From a virus (Duplodnaviria; Caudoviricetes), in IMG/VR virus record IMGVR_UViG_3300047560_000348, positions 4,136 through 68,135 of that record: a DNA stretch of 64,000 bases. One strand, written 5' to 3'. This document shows, one piece after another, positions 52,175-60,629 of this stretch (positions within the stretch are counted from its first letter, which is position 1; every line of letters starts with the position of its first letter). The position numbers and the translations under genes are program-made. The notes below the pieces were generated by a model that saw only the letters and a list, made by a program, of their open reading frames with translations, made no database searches and had not been told where the DNA came from.

Positions 52175-52837
52175 TTAATTTCCTAACTTGATCCAGTGAT
52201 CCCCAACAAATGCTGTCTTAACCATTGATGGGTTTTTTGGACTTATGTCATAGGCAATGGTGATTCTATTGCCATCCCAGTTCCAGTTTTCAATCGCATG
52301 TGGGTGACCAGTTTCCGATAAAACTAGTCTATTGTTTTTATTTACATTTTCAAACAACTTATTAACATCTCTATTGATGTGATAGAACGTTGATGATGGT
52401 TCTGCATTCACACAGTAGTAACCATGGAATACTGGTGCCCCAGTTCCATGCATGTGATCGTGGAACCACTCTGGATGACCTAGAGGAGACTCTCCACCAT
52501 AAACAGATTTTTCATTAATATTAAACCATCCACAAATATAGTAATCAGCAGCATCAAAATCAATGCCATAGTACTCACATGCTTCTTTAGTTGTCTCTAG
52601 TAGTCCTAAATATAGCTTTTTAATTGCTGGATGATCCCAGGTGAATATGTTGTAATAATCACCAAGCATGGTTGTCAGTGCGTCTCCACGCTGGTGCTTT
52701 TCATCAAATACGTCTTTTGGTGCATTGATGCCATTCGCATAAATAAAATCTCTTTTATCGACAAGGTATGCCGTTAACTCTGATAAATCATTGTCTAGGT
52801 ATCTATCAAAAAACTTATGCGATGGCTTCTCAATCAT
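52175..52837 (-). CDS. Putative DSBH Fe(II) oxygenase (TIGR02466-like), paralog 2 (true start MIEKP at 52837)
   Basis: HKFFDRYLD, GWFNIN, HDH, HGYYCVNAEPS, SETGHPH, RITIAYD; ATGA overlap with the upstream stop. Confidence 0.68.
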   Translation of the reverse strand: MIEKPSHKFFDRYLDNDLSELTAYLVDKRDFIYANGINAPKDVFDEKHQRGDALTTMLGDYYNIFTWDHPAIKKLYLGLLETTKEACEYYGIDFDAADYYICGWFNINEKSVYGGESPLGHPEWFHDHMHGTGAPVFHGYYCVNAEPSSTFYHINRDVNKLFENVNKNNRLVLSETGHPHAIENWNWDGNRITIAYDISPKNPSMVKTAFVGDHWIKLGN

Positions 52838-53511
52838 GCTAGTGGGATCCAGTGCTGTTCTGCATTGTGTCCACCACGCTGTAGGTATCTGAATGGTGTT
52901 ACATCGTAAGCAACAGTAATTCTGTCGCCTTCCCAGTCCCATTCGCCCTGTGAGTGTGGGTGGCCCATTTCTGAAAGAACCAATCTGTTGTTCTTATTAA
53001 TGTTTTCTTTTTCTTCGTCAAAACACATGTAGTATGTTGAAGATGGCTCTGCGTTTACACAGTAGTAACCATGGAAATCTGGTGCCCCTGGACCACCGTG
53101 TTCATGCCAGCCAAGTTTACCTTGGCCTGCGTGGTTAATATTAAACCATCCTTGAATCATGAACTGCTCTTTTTCAAAGTCAAGCTCATAATATTCACAT
53201 GCTTCACGAACCAGCTGACCGATTCCCTTGTACAACTTATAGATTCCGTCAATGTGGAACTGGAATACATTGTATTGTCTCCACTTCATAGTGGAAATAC
53301 TGCCAGACTCTTTCCATACTTCAAATGGACTGACTGGCGTTACCCCAGCAAGTTTGGCATTTTCAATTAGTTCGTATCTAATTTTTAGCTCTTTTGCCAG
53401 CTCATCTAGATCGTTATCTAGGAATGCCTCAAAGAATTTATGAGGCTTTGTGCTTGCACTTGTACTTCTAAGTGTCGTTTGGTCTTTATACGACATACCC
53501 ATATTGGACAT
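52834..53511 (-). CDS. Putative DSBH Fe(II) oxygenase (TIGR02466-like), paralog 1
   Basis: HKFFEAFLD, QGWFNIN, HEH, HGYYCVNAEPS, SEMGHPH, RITVAYD, QHWIPL. Confidence 0.68.
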   Translation of the reverse strand: MSNMGMSYKDQTTLRSTSASTKPHKFFEAFLDNDLDELAKELKIRYELIENAKLAGVTPVSPFEVWKESGSISTMKWRQYNVFQFHIDGIYKLYKGIGQLVREACEYYELDFEKEQFMIQGWFNINHAGQGKLGWHEHGGPGAPDFHGYYCVNAEPSSTYYMCFDEEKENINKNNRLVLSEMGHPHSQGEWDWEGDRITVAYDVTPFRYLQRGGHNAEQHWIPLA

Positions 53512-53545
53512 TTGTGAACTCCATTCTATGTCTCTTTTATAGATT

Positions 53546-53554
53546 AGTATACCA
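53546..53554 (-). promoter_or_regulatory. Extended -10 promoter TGGTATACT upstream of the oxygenase cluster
   Basis: Intergenic copy of the recurring motif; identical 9-mer at 47113..47121 and 21840..21848. Confidence 0.6.
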
Positions 53555-53565
53555 TAAGTGGCAGA

Positions 53566-53817
53566 CTATCTGAATGAGAATACTTTGAATGGAGAGAAGG
53601 TAAATACTCCAAATGGGGCAAAACCAAATACGCTAAAGAATCCAAAGGCTGGAGCAAAGCTAAATACGCTGAAGAATCCGAATACTGCAAAGAATCCGAA
53701 TACTGAAAAGAATCCGAATACTGAGAAGAAGTTGAATACTGAGAAGAAGTCAAAAACAGAGAAGAATCCGAATACTGAGAAGAAGTTGAATACTGAGAAG
53801 AATCCAAAAACGCTAAA
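53566..53817 (-). repeat. 18-bp coding tandem repeat array 1: 11 in-register hexapeptides plus 2 offset units
   Basis: Plus-strand unit approximately GAAGAATCCGAATACTGA; encodes FSVFGF, FSVFNF, FSVFDF, FAVFGF, APAFGF. Confidence 0.95.
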
Positions 53818-54417
53818 TGTTGTAATTGACGCAGATGTTCCAATAGCAGAGTTACCATTGCCATTGGTAGCATAAACATCATATGTCTGTGCAGTTCCAG
53901 CTTCTTGGTTTACGTTAACTGGGGAGGTAGAAGAATCTCCAGACTTACCATCACTAGATGTCCAGTGATAGTTAGTAATAGCTTTTCCACCATTATTAGT
54001 TGGTGCAGTCCAAGAAAGCTGGTCATATGCTTGACCAGTGCCAGAGTCTGGAGATAATACAGATACAGATGTTGGTGCATCTGGAACTGTTGTAATCAGC
54101 ACAGATGCTGAGGCAGCAGATGATCCAGATGTTCCAGAAGCATTTGTAGCAGTAACAGTAAATGTCACATTTGTATTAGATGGAATTCCAGTAACTGTAA
54201 TTGGAGATGAAGACCCAGTTGCAGTCTGCCCAGTTGAAGCAGTTACAGTATACGATGTTGCAACTGGAGAGTTAGCAGGTAGAGAAAAGCTAACTGATGC
54301 TGCACCATCGTTAAATGCTCTGCCAGTACCAATGTCTGTTGCTGAAACGCTTGTAGGTTCCATTGGTTGCAAAAAGTCATTGGCTTGCTGTGAGTGTCTA
54401 CCTGCTCTTTTGCTCAT
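53566..54417 (-). CDS. Protein with two FN3-like domains and a C-terminal Phe-rich hexapeptide array
   Basis: FN3 patterns SYTVT..SPITVTG..TFTVTATNASG and PDAPT..LSWTAP.NNGG.AITNY; tail (FSVFGF)n...VFSFR. Confidence 0.8.
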   Translation of the reverse strand: MSKRAGRHSQQANDFLQPMEPTSVSATDIGTGRAFNDGAASVSFSLPANSPVATSYTVTASTGQTATGSSSPITVTGIPSNTNVTFTVTATNASGTSGSSAASASVLITTVPDAPTSVSVLSPDSGTGQAYDQLSWTAPTNNGGKAITNYHWTSSDGKSGDSSTSPVNVNQEAGTAQTYDVYATNGNGNSAIGTSASITTFSVFGFFSVFNFFSVFGFFSVFDFFSVFNFFSVFGFFSVFGFFAVFGFFSVFSFAPAFGFFSVFGFAPFGVFTFSPFKVFSFR

Positions 54418-54442
54418 CTATTTTATCCTTATCTGTAAGTTC

Positions 54443-56194
54443 TTAGGCTGACAAGTCTCCGTAGACAACCCATGTGTTTGCTGCTCTCTTCATAAGAGTT
54501 GCAGAAGACCACTGAGTTCTCAACTTTAGACCTGGTGTTGCGTTTACAGTAACTCCACCTGCACCTGCAATTGTAACCTGTCCAGTAGAAGTCTGGAGGA
54601 TATCAAGAGTGGTTCCGATTGGGTAGTCTACTGATGAATCTGCTGGGATTGTTAGAGTTGTTGCTGAAGAGCTTCCAACTTCAATAAGTGTATCTCTTTC
54701 ATTAAGATTTGACAGTGTGTATGATGCTGTCTTTTGAGAGATTGTAGTGATAGATGGAACACCCTGCTTTGTCTGGATTCCGTCTGCAAATTCGACTCCA
54801 CCTAGCTTTAGGGTATCAAATGTTGCTGTTCCAAAGTCAACGTGGCTATCTGTTGGCTCAGCTGCACCAGAAACAAGCTTCCACTTTCCATCTGTTGCAT
54901 CACGAACAATACCTGTGTGGAAGTGTCCTGAGTTTGAGTCGCCATACGCACCAAAGATACCAATATCAAGAGTGTCTGTATCGTACTGCTCTGCAGCAAG
55001 GTAAATTAGTGAGTCTGTAACCTCAAGGTTGGTTGCATCTACTGTTGTGGTTGTTCCCTGTACTGTAAGGTTTCCTGTAATTGTCAAATTCTCAGCAGTT
55101 GCGTTACCAGTGATAGCTGGAGCAACCTTTGGAGCATATGTAGCTGCTGCTGAAGATTCTGCTGCTGTCTGTGCATTATCTGCCTTGGCCTGGGCACCTG
55201 TCTGTGTCTCTAGCTCTGCAGTATCTGCAATTCCGTGTACAGATGTTGTGTCTGAGTTGTGTGTTCCAACTGCATCATCTGCATATGTCTTTGTTGCCAA
55301 AGCTGCGGTATCTGAAATACCATGTACGTTTGTAGTGTCTGCATTGTGATCAGAAATTGCTCCTGATGCTGCATTGTCTGCATAAAGCTCAGTTGCTACT
55401 GTACCGTCAATTGCTACTGTAATCTTGTTAGTAGAGTCGTCATATGTGGCTGTAATGCCTGTACCGCCCTCTACTGCGTTACCAAGGGCATCTTGAGCAC
55501 GTTCAGTAGTGAAATATAGGTTTGCACCCTCTGCAACGTTATCTGTTGTAAGACCTGCAATATCTGATTCAATTCCAGACACAGTGGTGTTCAATGTATC
55601 AATTGCTGTTCCCTGTGTGCTATTTGTTGTCTCAATTGCTGCAACAGAATCAGACAAATCTGAAATATTTCCAGTGTGTGTTGCTAGGGTTGTCTGAATA
55701 GTTTGAACTGCAGAATCATTATTTGTCTGATATGTCTCTCTTGCAGATGTTTCTGTTGCAAGGTTTGTTGTGAGTGCTGTAATATCTGTATTAATATCTA
55801 CAATAGTCGCTGCTGTAGATGTTGACAAATCGCCAATATCAGCAGTTAGATCTGAAATAGCTGTAGTTAGTCCAGAAGCAAGCTCAGAAAGAGTGTCTAG
55901 CTCTGCAGGAGCTGACTGAATAATATTGCTTAGCTGAGAGATTGGAACCTGAGCGTTACCATCTAGTGTAGCAACACCATTAGCAGATGCCTTCTCTGCG
56001 TCCTTGACATATCCGCTAATGTCAAGATCATCAAAATTCTTAAAGTATGTTAGGCTGGTCCAAGCTGTTGTACCATCACCAATCTTAAATTGTCCAGAAT
56101 CGGACTCAAAGCCGATTTCACCAGCAGAGAGAATAGGGTTTGCAGCAGTCCATTGTGCTGCAGTACCTCTGCGTTGCTGCATTCTTGTTGCCAT
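54443..56194 (-). CDS. Fibre protein with an Mtd/hyaluronidase-type N-terminal domain, coiled-coil shaft and C-terminal GDLSA domain
   Basis: MQQRRGTAAQW..ANPIL..GEIGFE.D...FKIGDG...W..L.Y; AP.ELDTL.EL; C-terminal SYTL...QWSSATL.KRAANTWVVYGDLSA. Confidence 0.75.
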   Translation of the reverse strand: MATRMQQRRGTAAQWTAANPILSAGEIGFESDSGQFKIGDGTTAWTSLTYFKNFDDLDISGYVKDAEKASANGVATLDGNAQVPISQLSNIIQSAPAELDTLSELASGLTTAISDLTADIGDLSTSTAATIVDINTDITALTTNLATETSARETYQTNNDSAVQTIQTTLATHTGNISDLSDSVAAIETTNSTQGTAIDTLNTTVSGIESDIAGLTTDNVAEGANLYFTTERAQDALGNAVEGGTGITATYDDSTNKITVAIDGTVATELYADNAASGAISDHNADTTNVHGISDTAALATKTYADDAVGTHNSDTTSVHGIADTAELETQTGAQAKADNAQTAAESSAAATYAPKVAPAITGNATAENLTITGNLTVQGTTTTVDATNLEVTDSLIYLAAEQYDTDTLDIGIFGAYGDSNSGHFHTGIVRDATDGKWKLVSGAAEPTDSHVDFGTATFDTLKLGGVEFADGIQTKQGVPSITTISQKTASYTLSNLNERDTLIEVGSSSATTLTIPADSSVDYPIGTTLDILQTSTGQVTIAGAGGVTVNATPGLKLRTQWSSATLMKRAANTWVVYGDLSA

Positions 56195-56248
56195 GTATTT
56201 TCTCCTCTTTCAGGAATTTAATCCCTGATTTATATTATATCCTATGTT

Positions 56249-56710
56249 TTAGTTAAAATTATCAGATACTGATCCACCATCAAAGATTAGAGTGAACTCA
56301 GTTGATCCTGGGCTTCCGCCATCAATTCCACTTGACATAGGTGCTTGTGGTACTGAACCACCTTCACGGAAGGTAGTTGTAATTAATCCAGTACCGCCAA
56401 CAGAGGTATCGTGGATGTGTTGAGCCAAAGTTAATGTATCGTCAATAGTTGCAATAGTTGTCCAACCAGTATCTTCGTGGTAAATATTTACTCTCTTTGT
56501 TACTGTGTCATACCAGAATGCACCATTTGAAGGTGATGAAGGAGCAGTAGAGGCAACAGCAGCTCCGCCAGAATTAGCGTCAACGTATGCCTTAGTAGCT
56601 ACGTGAGTTGCATCTGTTGGATCGCTAGCAACGATGGGGCCACCAAAGACTCCACCTTCTGCTACCTGGATTCCGTTTTTTACCTTGAAATCCTTGTTTA
56701 CTGTTGCCAT
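56249..56710 (-). CDS. Small virion structural / fibre protein
   Basis: MATVNKDFKVKNG N-terminus shared with the neighbouring gene; ATKAYVD; APSSPSNGAFWYDT. Confidence 0.6.
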   Translation of the reverse strand: MATVNKDFKVKNGIQVAEGGVFGGPIVASDPTDATHVATKAYVDANSGGAAVASTAPSSPSNGAFWYDTVTKRVNIYHEDTGWTTIATIDDTLTLAQHIHDTSVGGTGLITTTFREGGSVPQAPMSSGIDGGSPGSTEFTLIFDGGSVSDNFN

Positions 56711-56726
56711 CTACTTACTCCTCTAA

Positions 56727-58358
56727 TTACTTAATGATTGTTCCAAATACAGTCACGACAGAGTTGTTGTTGGCTGTAGTGACACGAAGTCTTACATTAC
56801 CAGCATTAACATCTGCTGTGATAGTTGATGCAGAGCCATTCGTTCCAACAACAGCATATTCTGTAATTGCAATGTTGTCTGCAGAGTCAAGGGTAATCAT
56901 TACCTTTGATAGCTCTGTGTGTGAGCCATAGGCAACCTTTACTGTGTATTCTGCTGAACGGTATACAGCTGAGTCGAACTCGTGTGCTGTTACCTGGCTA
57001 GCTGTAGCAACTGTAGCCTGAGTAGCGACATTAGTAACAATGTTATTAAGGTCAATCTCAGTAAAGTTAGGAACTACTGCTTCAAGTGCTGTTACTGCAC
57101 GTTCGTTTGTGAAGTATAGGTTTGATCCCTCAGCAAGGTCAGATGTTGTAGAATCTGCTACACCATTTTCTGCTGCAATTGTAATACCATTGCCATCACC
57201 AGTAATAGTGATATTTGTTAGGTTGGCACTAGTTAGCAAGTCAGCAGCTGCTGTCTTTGCACGTGCATCTGTGAAGTATCTATTTACAGGAGCAAGAGTC
57301 TCTTCTGGGATATCATCAGTTGTAAGTGCATTGATTGCGTTATCTGTGTATGTGTTTGCGTTAGTTTCAGCTGTTGATGCTGAACCTGCTGCATCATAAT
57401 TTGTTGCAAGTCCGTCCGCATAGTCCTTTGCATTTTGCTCTGCAGTGTTTGCATATGTCTGTGCAGTTCCAGCTGCAGTAACGATTGCATCATTGTATGC
57501 TCCTGACGCTACTGAGTCTGCGTACTGCTTTGTTGCTGCTGCTAGAGCCTGTGTTGGGTCTGCTGCAAGAACAAGTTCTCCAGTCATTGTGTCGCCAGAT
57601 TTAGCTACTTTTTCACCAATTGATGTTCCAATTGTTGATGCAAAATTTGCGTCATCATTAATAGCTGCTGCAAGCTCATTTAGTGTATCTAGAAGAGCTG
57701 GAGCTGAGTCTACAAGATTTGCAACTGCTGTATCAGTATATCCATTTGCAGAAGCAATAGCATTGCTTTCAGCTGTTGCAGCTGCACCAGCAGCATCGTA
57801 GTTAACTGCAAGTCCATCTGCATATGCCTTAGCATTATTTTCTGCTGTTGTAGCAGATCCTGCTGCATCATAGTTGGTAGCTAGGCTATCTGCGTAACCT
57901 TGAGCTGCAGTCTGTGCTGCATTTGCCTTAGTTGTTGCATCATCAGAAGCTGTTGAAATTGCTTCTGACTTTGCTGTTGCAATATCAGTAGCTACTGCTG
58001 ACTGTGCACGTGAATTTGTAAAGTAAAGGTTTGTACCTTCTGCAAGATCATCAGTGTCATGGTTAGACAATGTTGAAACTGTACCAGTTACGTCACCAGT
58101 AAGGTTTCCTACTACGTTACCAGTTACATCGCCAATTAGATCTGCTGTAATTTCATTTGCTACAAAGTTACCATTACCGTCACGTTTTACGACAGTATTT
58201 GGTGTGTTCTCAGGGGTTGCTGTACCACCAATGAGATCAACGATGTAGTTTTGGTCTTCTTGCTTCTTAGTTAGAACGTCATAGTTATTGACGGTAGCTG
58301 TAGCACCTTCAACAACAAGACCACTCTTAACCTTAAAGTCTTTAGTGACTGTTGCCAT
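56727..58358 (-). CDS. Virion fibre protein with repeated (T)DDLAEG.NLYFT..RA and YAD.LA.NYDAAG units
   Basis: GDVTGNV repeats, APALLDTLNELAAA, C-terminal beta domain shared with 58377..58823. Confidence 0.7.
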   Translation of the reverse strand: MATVTKDFKVKSGLVVEGATATVNNYDVLTKKQEDQNYIVDLIGGTATPENTPNTVVKRDGNGNFVANEITADLIGDVTGNVVGNLTGDVTGTVSTLSNHDTDDLAEGTNLYFTNSRAQSAVATDIATAKSEAISTASDDATTKANAAQTAAQGYADSLATNYDAAGSATTAENNAKAYADGLAVNYDAAGAAATAESNAIASANGYTDTAVANLVDSAPALLDTLNELAAAINDDANFASTIGTSIGEKVAKSGDTMTGELVLAADPTQALAAATKQYADSVASGAYNDAIVTAAGTAQTYANTAEQNAKDYADGLATNYDAAGSASTAETNANTYTDNAINALTTDDIPEETLAPVNRYFTDARAKTAAADLLTSANLTNITITGDGNGITIAAENGVADSTTSDLAEGSNLYFTNERAVTALEAVVPNFTEIDLNNIVTNVATQATVATASQVTAHEFDSAVYRSAEYTVKVAYGSHTELSKVMITLDSADNIAITEYAVVGTNGSASTITADVNAGNVRLRVTTANNNSVVTVFGTIIK

Positions 58359-58376
58359 GTTGTTATCTCCTTGTTA

Positions 58377-58823
58377 TTACGCCTTAAGTCCCATACGTGC
58401 AAAACGTACGGTGACAGGTCGAATTATTGCGTCTGGTGTAACAATCAAACTGACTGTATCTCCAGAGCGAGAGACGCTAACGGTGCCCATATTCCCATCA
58501 TTGTCAATTGTTCCGTATTCTGTTACGCTAATATTATCTGCGTCACAAAGAACGGTCAACTCTGTTGCATAGAACTTGTTGTCTCCTTCAGAAATTTTTG
58601 AAATTGAGACAATGTACTTAATCATTCTCCATTGCGTAGCATCAAAGCTATCTACAATGGTTGAACTTTCAATTCCTGTAATCGTGTTCTCATTATTACC
58701 AAATGTACCAAGATCAGTTGCCTGAGCAGAGGTAGTGTCAATAAGAGAGTTATAGTCACTTTGAGTAGGACGATCTCCAGTCTCGAAAAGTGTCTTAACA
58801 TTAGGGATTGTAGTTCTAGCCAT
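58377..58823 (-). CDS. Virion structural protein
   Basis: N-terminal FETGDRPTQSDY..LIDT; C-terminal DSF...KY...TEYG domain. Confidence 0.6.
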   Translation of the reverse strand: MARTTIPNVKTLFETGDRPTQSDYNSLIDTTSAQATDLGTFGNNENTITGIESSTIVDSFDATQWRMIKYIVSISKISEGDNKFYATELTVLCDADNISVTEYGTIDNDGNMGTVSVSRSGDTVSLIVTPDAIIRPVTVRFARMGLKA

Positions 58824-58852
58824 GTTTATATTATACAGGATATTTACACATT

Positions 58853-59119
58853 TTAAAGAATGTAGTTGCTGTAGCCAATAACAGCCACACCAACAGAAGC
58901 AGGATTTGACCTATCATATCCTTTATTTCCAATAGCCGTTATTCTAACTTTAAAAGGAAGCTGTTCTACTATATCAATACGTGATATAAAGTTAACAGCA
59001 TTAGCATTAAAAAAGTTTTTTTGAGGGAATAGTGTTTGTACTTCAGCTATTGGGTTTAATGTTGACATACCCCAAAGATTAGGGGTCTTCAACTCATCTT
59101 TAATTAATACAAAAGCCAT
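58853..59119 (-). CDS. Hypothetical protein
   Basis: 88-aa ORF translationally coupled to the upstream gene. Confidence 0.55.
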   Translation of the reverse strand: MAFVLIKDELKTPNLWGMSTLNPIAEVQTLFPQKNFFNANAVNFISRIDIVEQLPFKVRITAIGNKGYDRSNPASVGVAVIGYSNYIL

Positions 59120-59520
59120 TATCGATCAGTTACCTCTGATATTACAGTCATGATTCCACGGCATACCGTCCAAACCACAACAGCATCAGAGAGCTGAACA
59201 TCGAAAACATCGTTTGATTGCAAAAGCTTACACTGAGCTGGAGTTATAGAAACTGTAAACTCGCCAGCGTTATCAAACTCTGACTGGCTTGGTGTAACTG
59301 AAAAAATTCTTTCTGTTCCACGTCTAAAATCTGCTTTGATTTCATAATCATTTGGAACAATTGGGTTTCCAGAATCATCTTCTACATAGCATCTAAATGC
59401 AGCGTAGTCTCCCTTAACTACCGTCCACCTAACAATTGGTGGGGTAGCTCCAACCTCAATCTCACCTGCAGTATTTACTGCCTGAGTGGAGGTAGTGGTA
59501 GTTGTACGTAGAACTGTCAT
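59119..59520 (-). CDS. BppU-N-like Ig-fold structural protein
   Basis: WTVVKGD...FDVQL...VWTV..G...DV pattern; paralog of 63517..63906. Confidence 0.55.
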   Translation of the reverse strand: MTVLRTTTTTSTQAVNTAGEIEVGATPPIVRWTVVKGDYAAFRCYVEDDSGNPIVPNDYEIKADFRRGTERIFSVTPSQSEFDNAGEFTVSITPAQCKLLQSNDVFDVQLSDAVVVWTVCRGIMTVISEVTDR

Positions 59521-59539
59521 AGTTTTATTATATCATTAA

Positions 59540-60055
59540 TTATGAGAGACCAAGCTTAACTGATCCCCAGGTGCCATCACCCTTTGCACCAACAACAATT
59601 ATTCCATTGGTTGCGTGTTTATAAATTACCATTGCCACTGCTGAGCCTGCATCCTCATTCCATTCATCTGTAAGACCTCCAGATGATGCAACAAATAATG
59701 GACTGCCATTATCGAATGAGGCTGTATTTACTGATGACACAACTCCAGCAACAACAGCAATTCCAACCGAATTATTTGCCATTGTAGCTTTTGCTAAGCC
59801 AATTACTGGACTTGTAGTAGAGCCGTTAGCATATGAAACTGTAACATTAGTTCCATCATGTCCAGTTATATATAGAGGGGTTCCTGCATCTAGTGACTGA
59901 CCAGAAGCATTTTTTACTGGTATGTCAACATAGGAAGCTTGGGGCAAGACGGTATCTAGCCTCTCTACTAGGCTCTTTATATCCCCATGAACATTTACAG
60001 CATCAACTGGCTGTGGAAATGGGAGTTGATATTTTGATGATTGACCGCTTGCCAT
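59540..60055 (-). CDS. Putative capsid decoration / fibre protein
   Basis: N-terminal LPFP..D.VNVHGDI..L; C-terminal GTPLYI..VIGLA..G..LFV..GGLT (DUF2190-like pattern). Confidence 0.45.
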   Translation of the reverse strand: MASGQSSKYQLPFPQPVDAVNVHGDIKSLVERLDTVLPQASYVDIPVKNASGQSLDAGTPLYITGHDGTNVTVSYANGSTTSPVIGLAKATMANNSVGIAVVAGVVSSVNTASFDNGSPLFVASSGGLTDEWNEDAGSAVAMVIYKHATNGIIVVGAKGDGTWGSVKLGLS

Positions 60056-60075
60056 ACTATAAATTATATCAGTAT

Positions 60076-60360
60076 TTATCTAAAACTAAACACAGTAAAC
60101 GCTGGTGTAAAGTTGAATACTGTAAAGAATCCAAATGTAGGTGTAAAGTTAAACACGTTAAAGAATCCGAAAGCTGGTGCAAAATTAAACACATTGAAAA
60201 AGCCAAATACGTTAAAGAATCCAAATACATTGAAGAATCCAAATACGCTAAAGAAATTGAATACGCTAAAAAAGTCAAAAACTGCAAAGAAGCCAAATAC
60301 GTTAAAGAAGTTAAAAACATTAAAGAAGTTGAATACGTTAAAGAATCCGAATACGCTGAA
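60076..60360 (-). repeat. 18-bp coding tandem repeat array 2: 14 in-register hexapeptides plus a terminal unit
   Basis: Plus-strand unit approximately AAAGAATCCAAATACGTT with many synonymous changes; encodes FNVFNF, FNVFGF, FAVFDF, APAFGF, TPTFGF. Confidence 0.95.
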
Positions 60361-60621
60361 TGCAGTAAAAGAGAATAGCCCAATAGTCAAATCTACTGGG
60401 GATTCATATTCTGTAAGAGTTTCTGCAGCTGGGTTTTGCTGGATAACGGTATTGTCTTTTGCCTGATCTGCAGGGTCTGTTAATGTTTGTGTTGTCTCTG
60501 TTCCAACAACCAAACCATCAGAAACAATTTGTTGTTCAGCATTTTGCTTGGTTAGGGTAAGGTAGTTTCCTACCGATTTCATCCCCTTTGAAGATGCCCA
60601 TAACCCGAATGAACCTAGCAT
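60076..60621 (-). CDS. PASTA-like domain protein with a C-terminal Phe-rich hexapeptide array
   Basis: VGNYLTLTKQNAEQQIVSDGLVVG...TVIQQNPAAET......VDLTI fits a PASTA fold; tail (FNVFNF/FNVFGF)n...VFSFR. Confidence 0.75.
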   Translation of the reverse strand: MLGSFGLWASSKGMKSVGNYLTLTKQNAEQQIVSDGLVVGTETTQTLTDPADQAKDNTVIQQNPAAETLTEYESPVDLTIGLFSFTAFSVFGFFNVFNFFNVFNFFNVFGFFAVFDFFSVFNFFSVFGFFNVFGFFNVFGFFNVFNFAPAFGFFNVFNFTPTFGFFTVFNFTPAFTVFSFR

Positions 60622-60629
60622 CTATAGCC

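Noticed and set aside
52838-52942. ORF-track N-terminal extension of the second oxygenase (similar extensions at 8382..8459, 10624..10674, 61287..61307, 63907..63954)
   Set aside because: They overlap upstream genes or regulatory DNA. Paralog alignment, stop/start overlaps or promoter position point to the downstream starts.
53558-53875. Plus-strand ORF with (KNPNTE/KKLNTE)n repeats, and the similar plus-strand ORF 60041..60466
   Set aside because: Antisense shadows of the Phe-repeat codons. All real genes are on the minus strand, where the repeats are in frame with FN3- and PASTA-like domains.
53566-60360. 18-bp arrays as a CRISPR array associated with the Cas4-like gene
   Set aside because: Head-to-tail coding repeats with no unique spacers and no cas1/cas2. 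Stand-alone Cas4-like nucleases are common in phages.
53566-60360. The two arrays as template/variable repeats of a diversity-generating retroelement (Mtd-like N-terminus nearby; Asn/Asp/Ser/Gly variation)
   Set aside because: No reverse transcriptase in the window. Differences between arrays include many non-adenine synonymous changes (TCA vs AGC, TTC vs TTT), and both arrays are coding.
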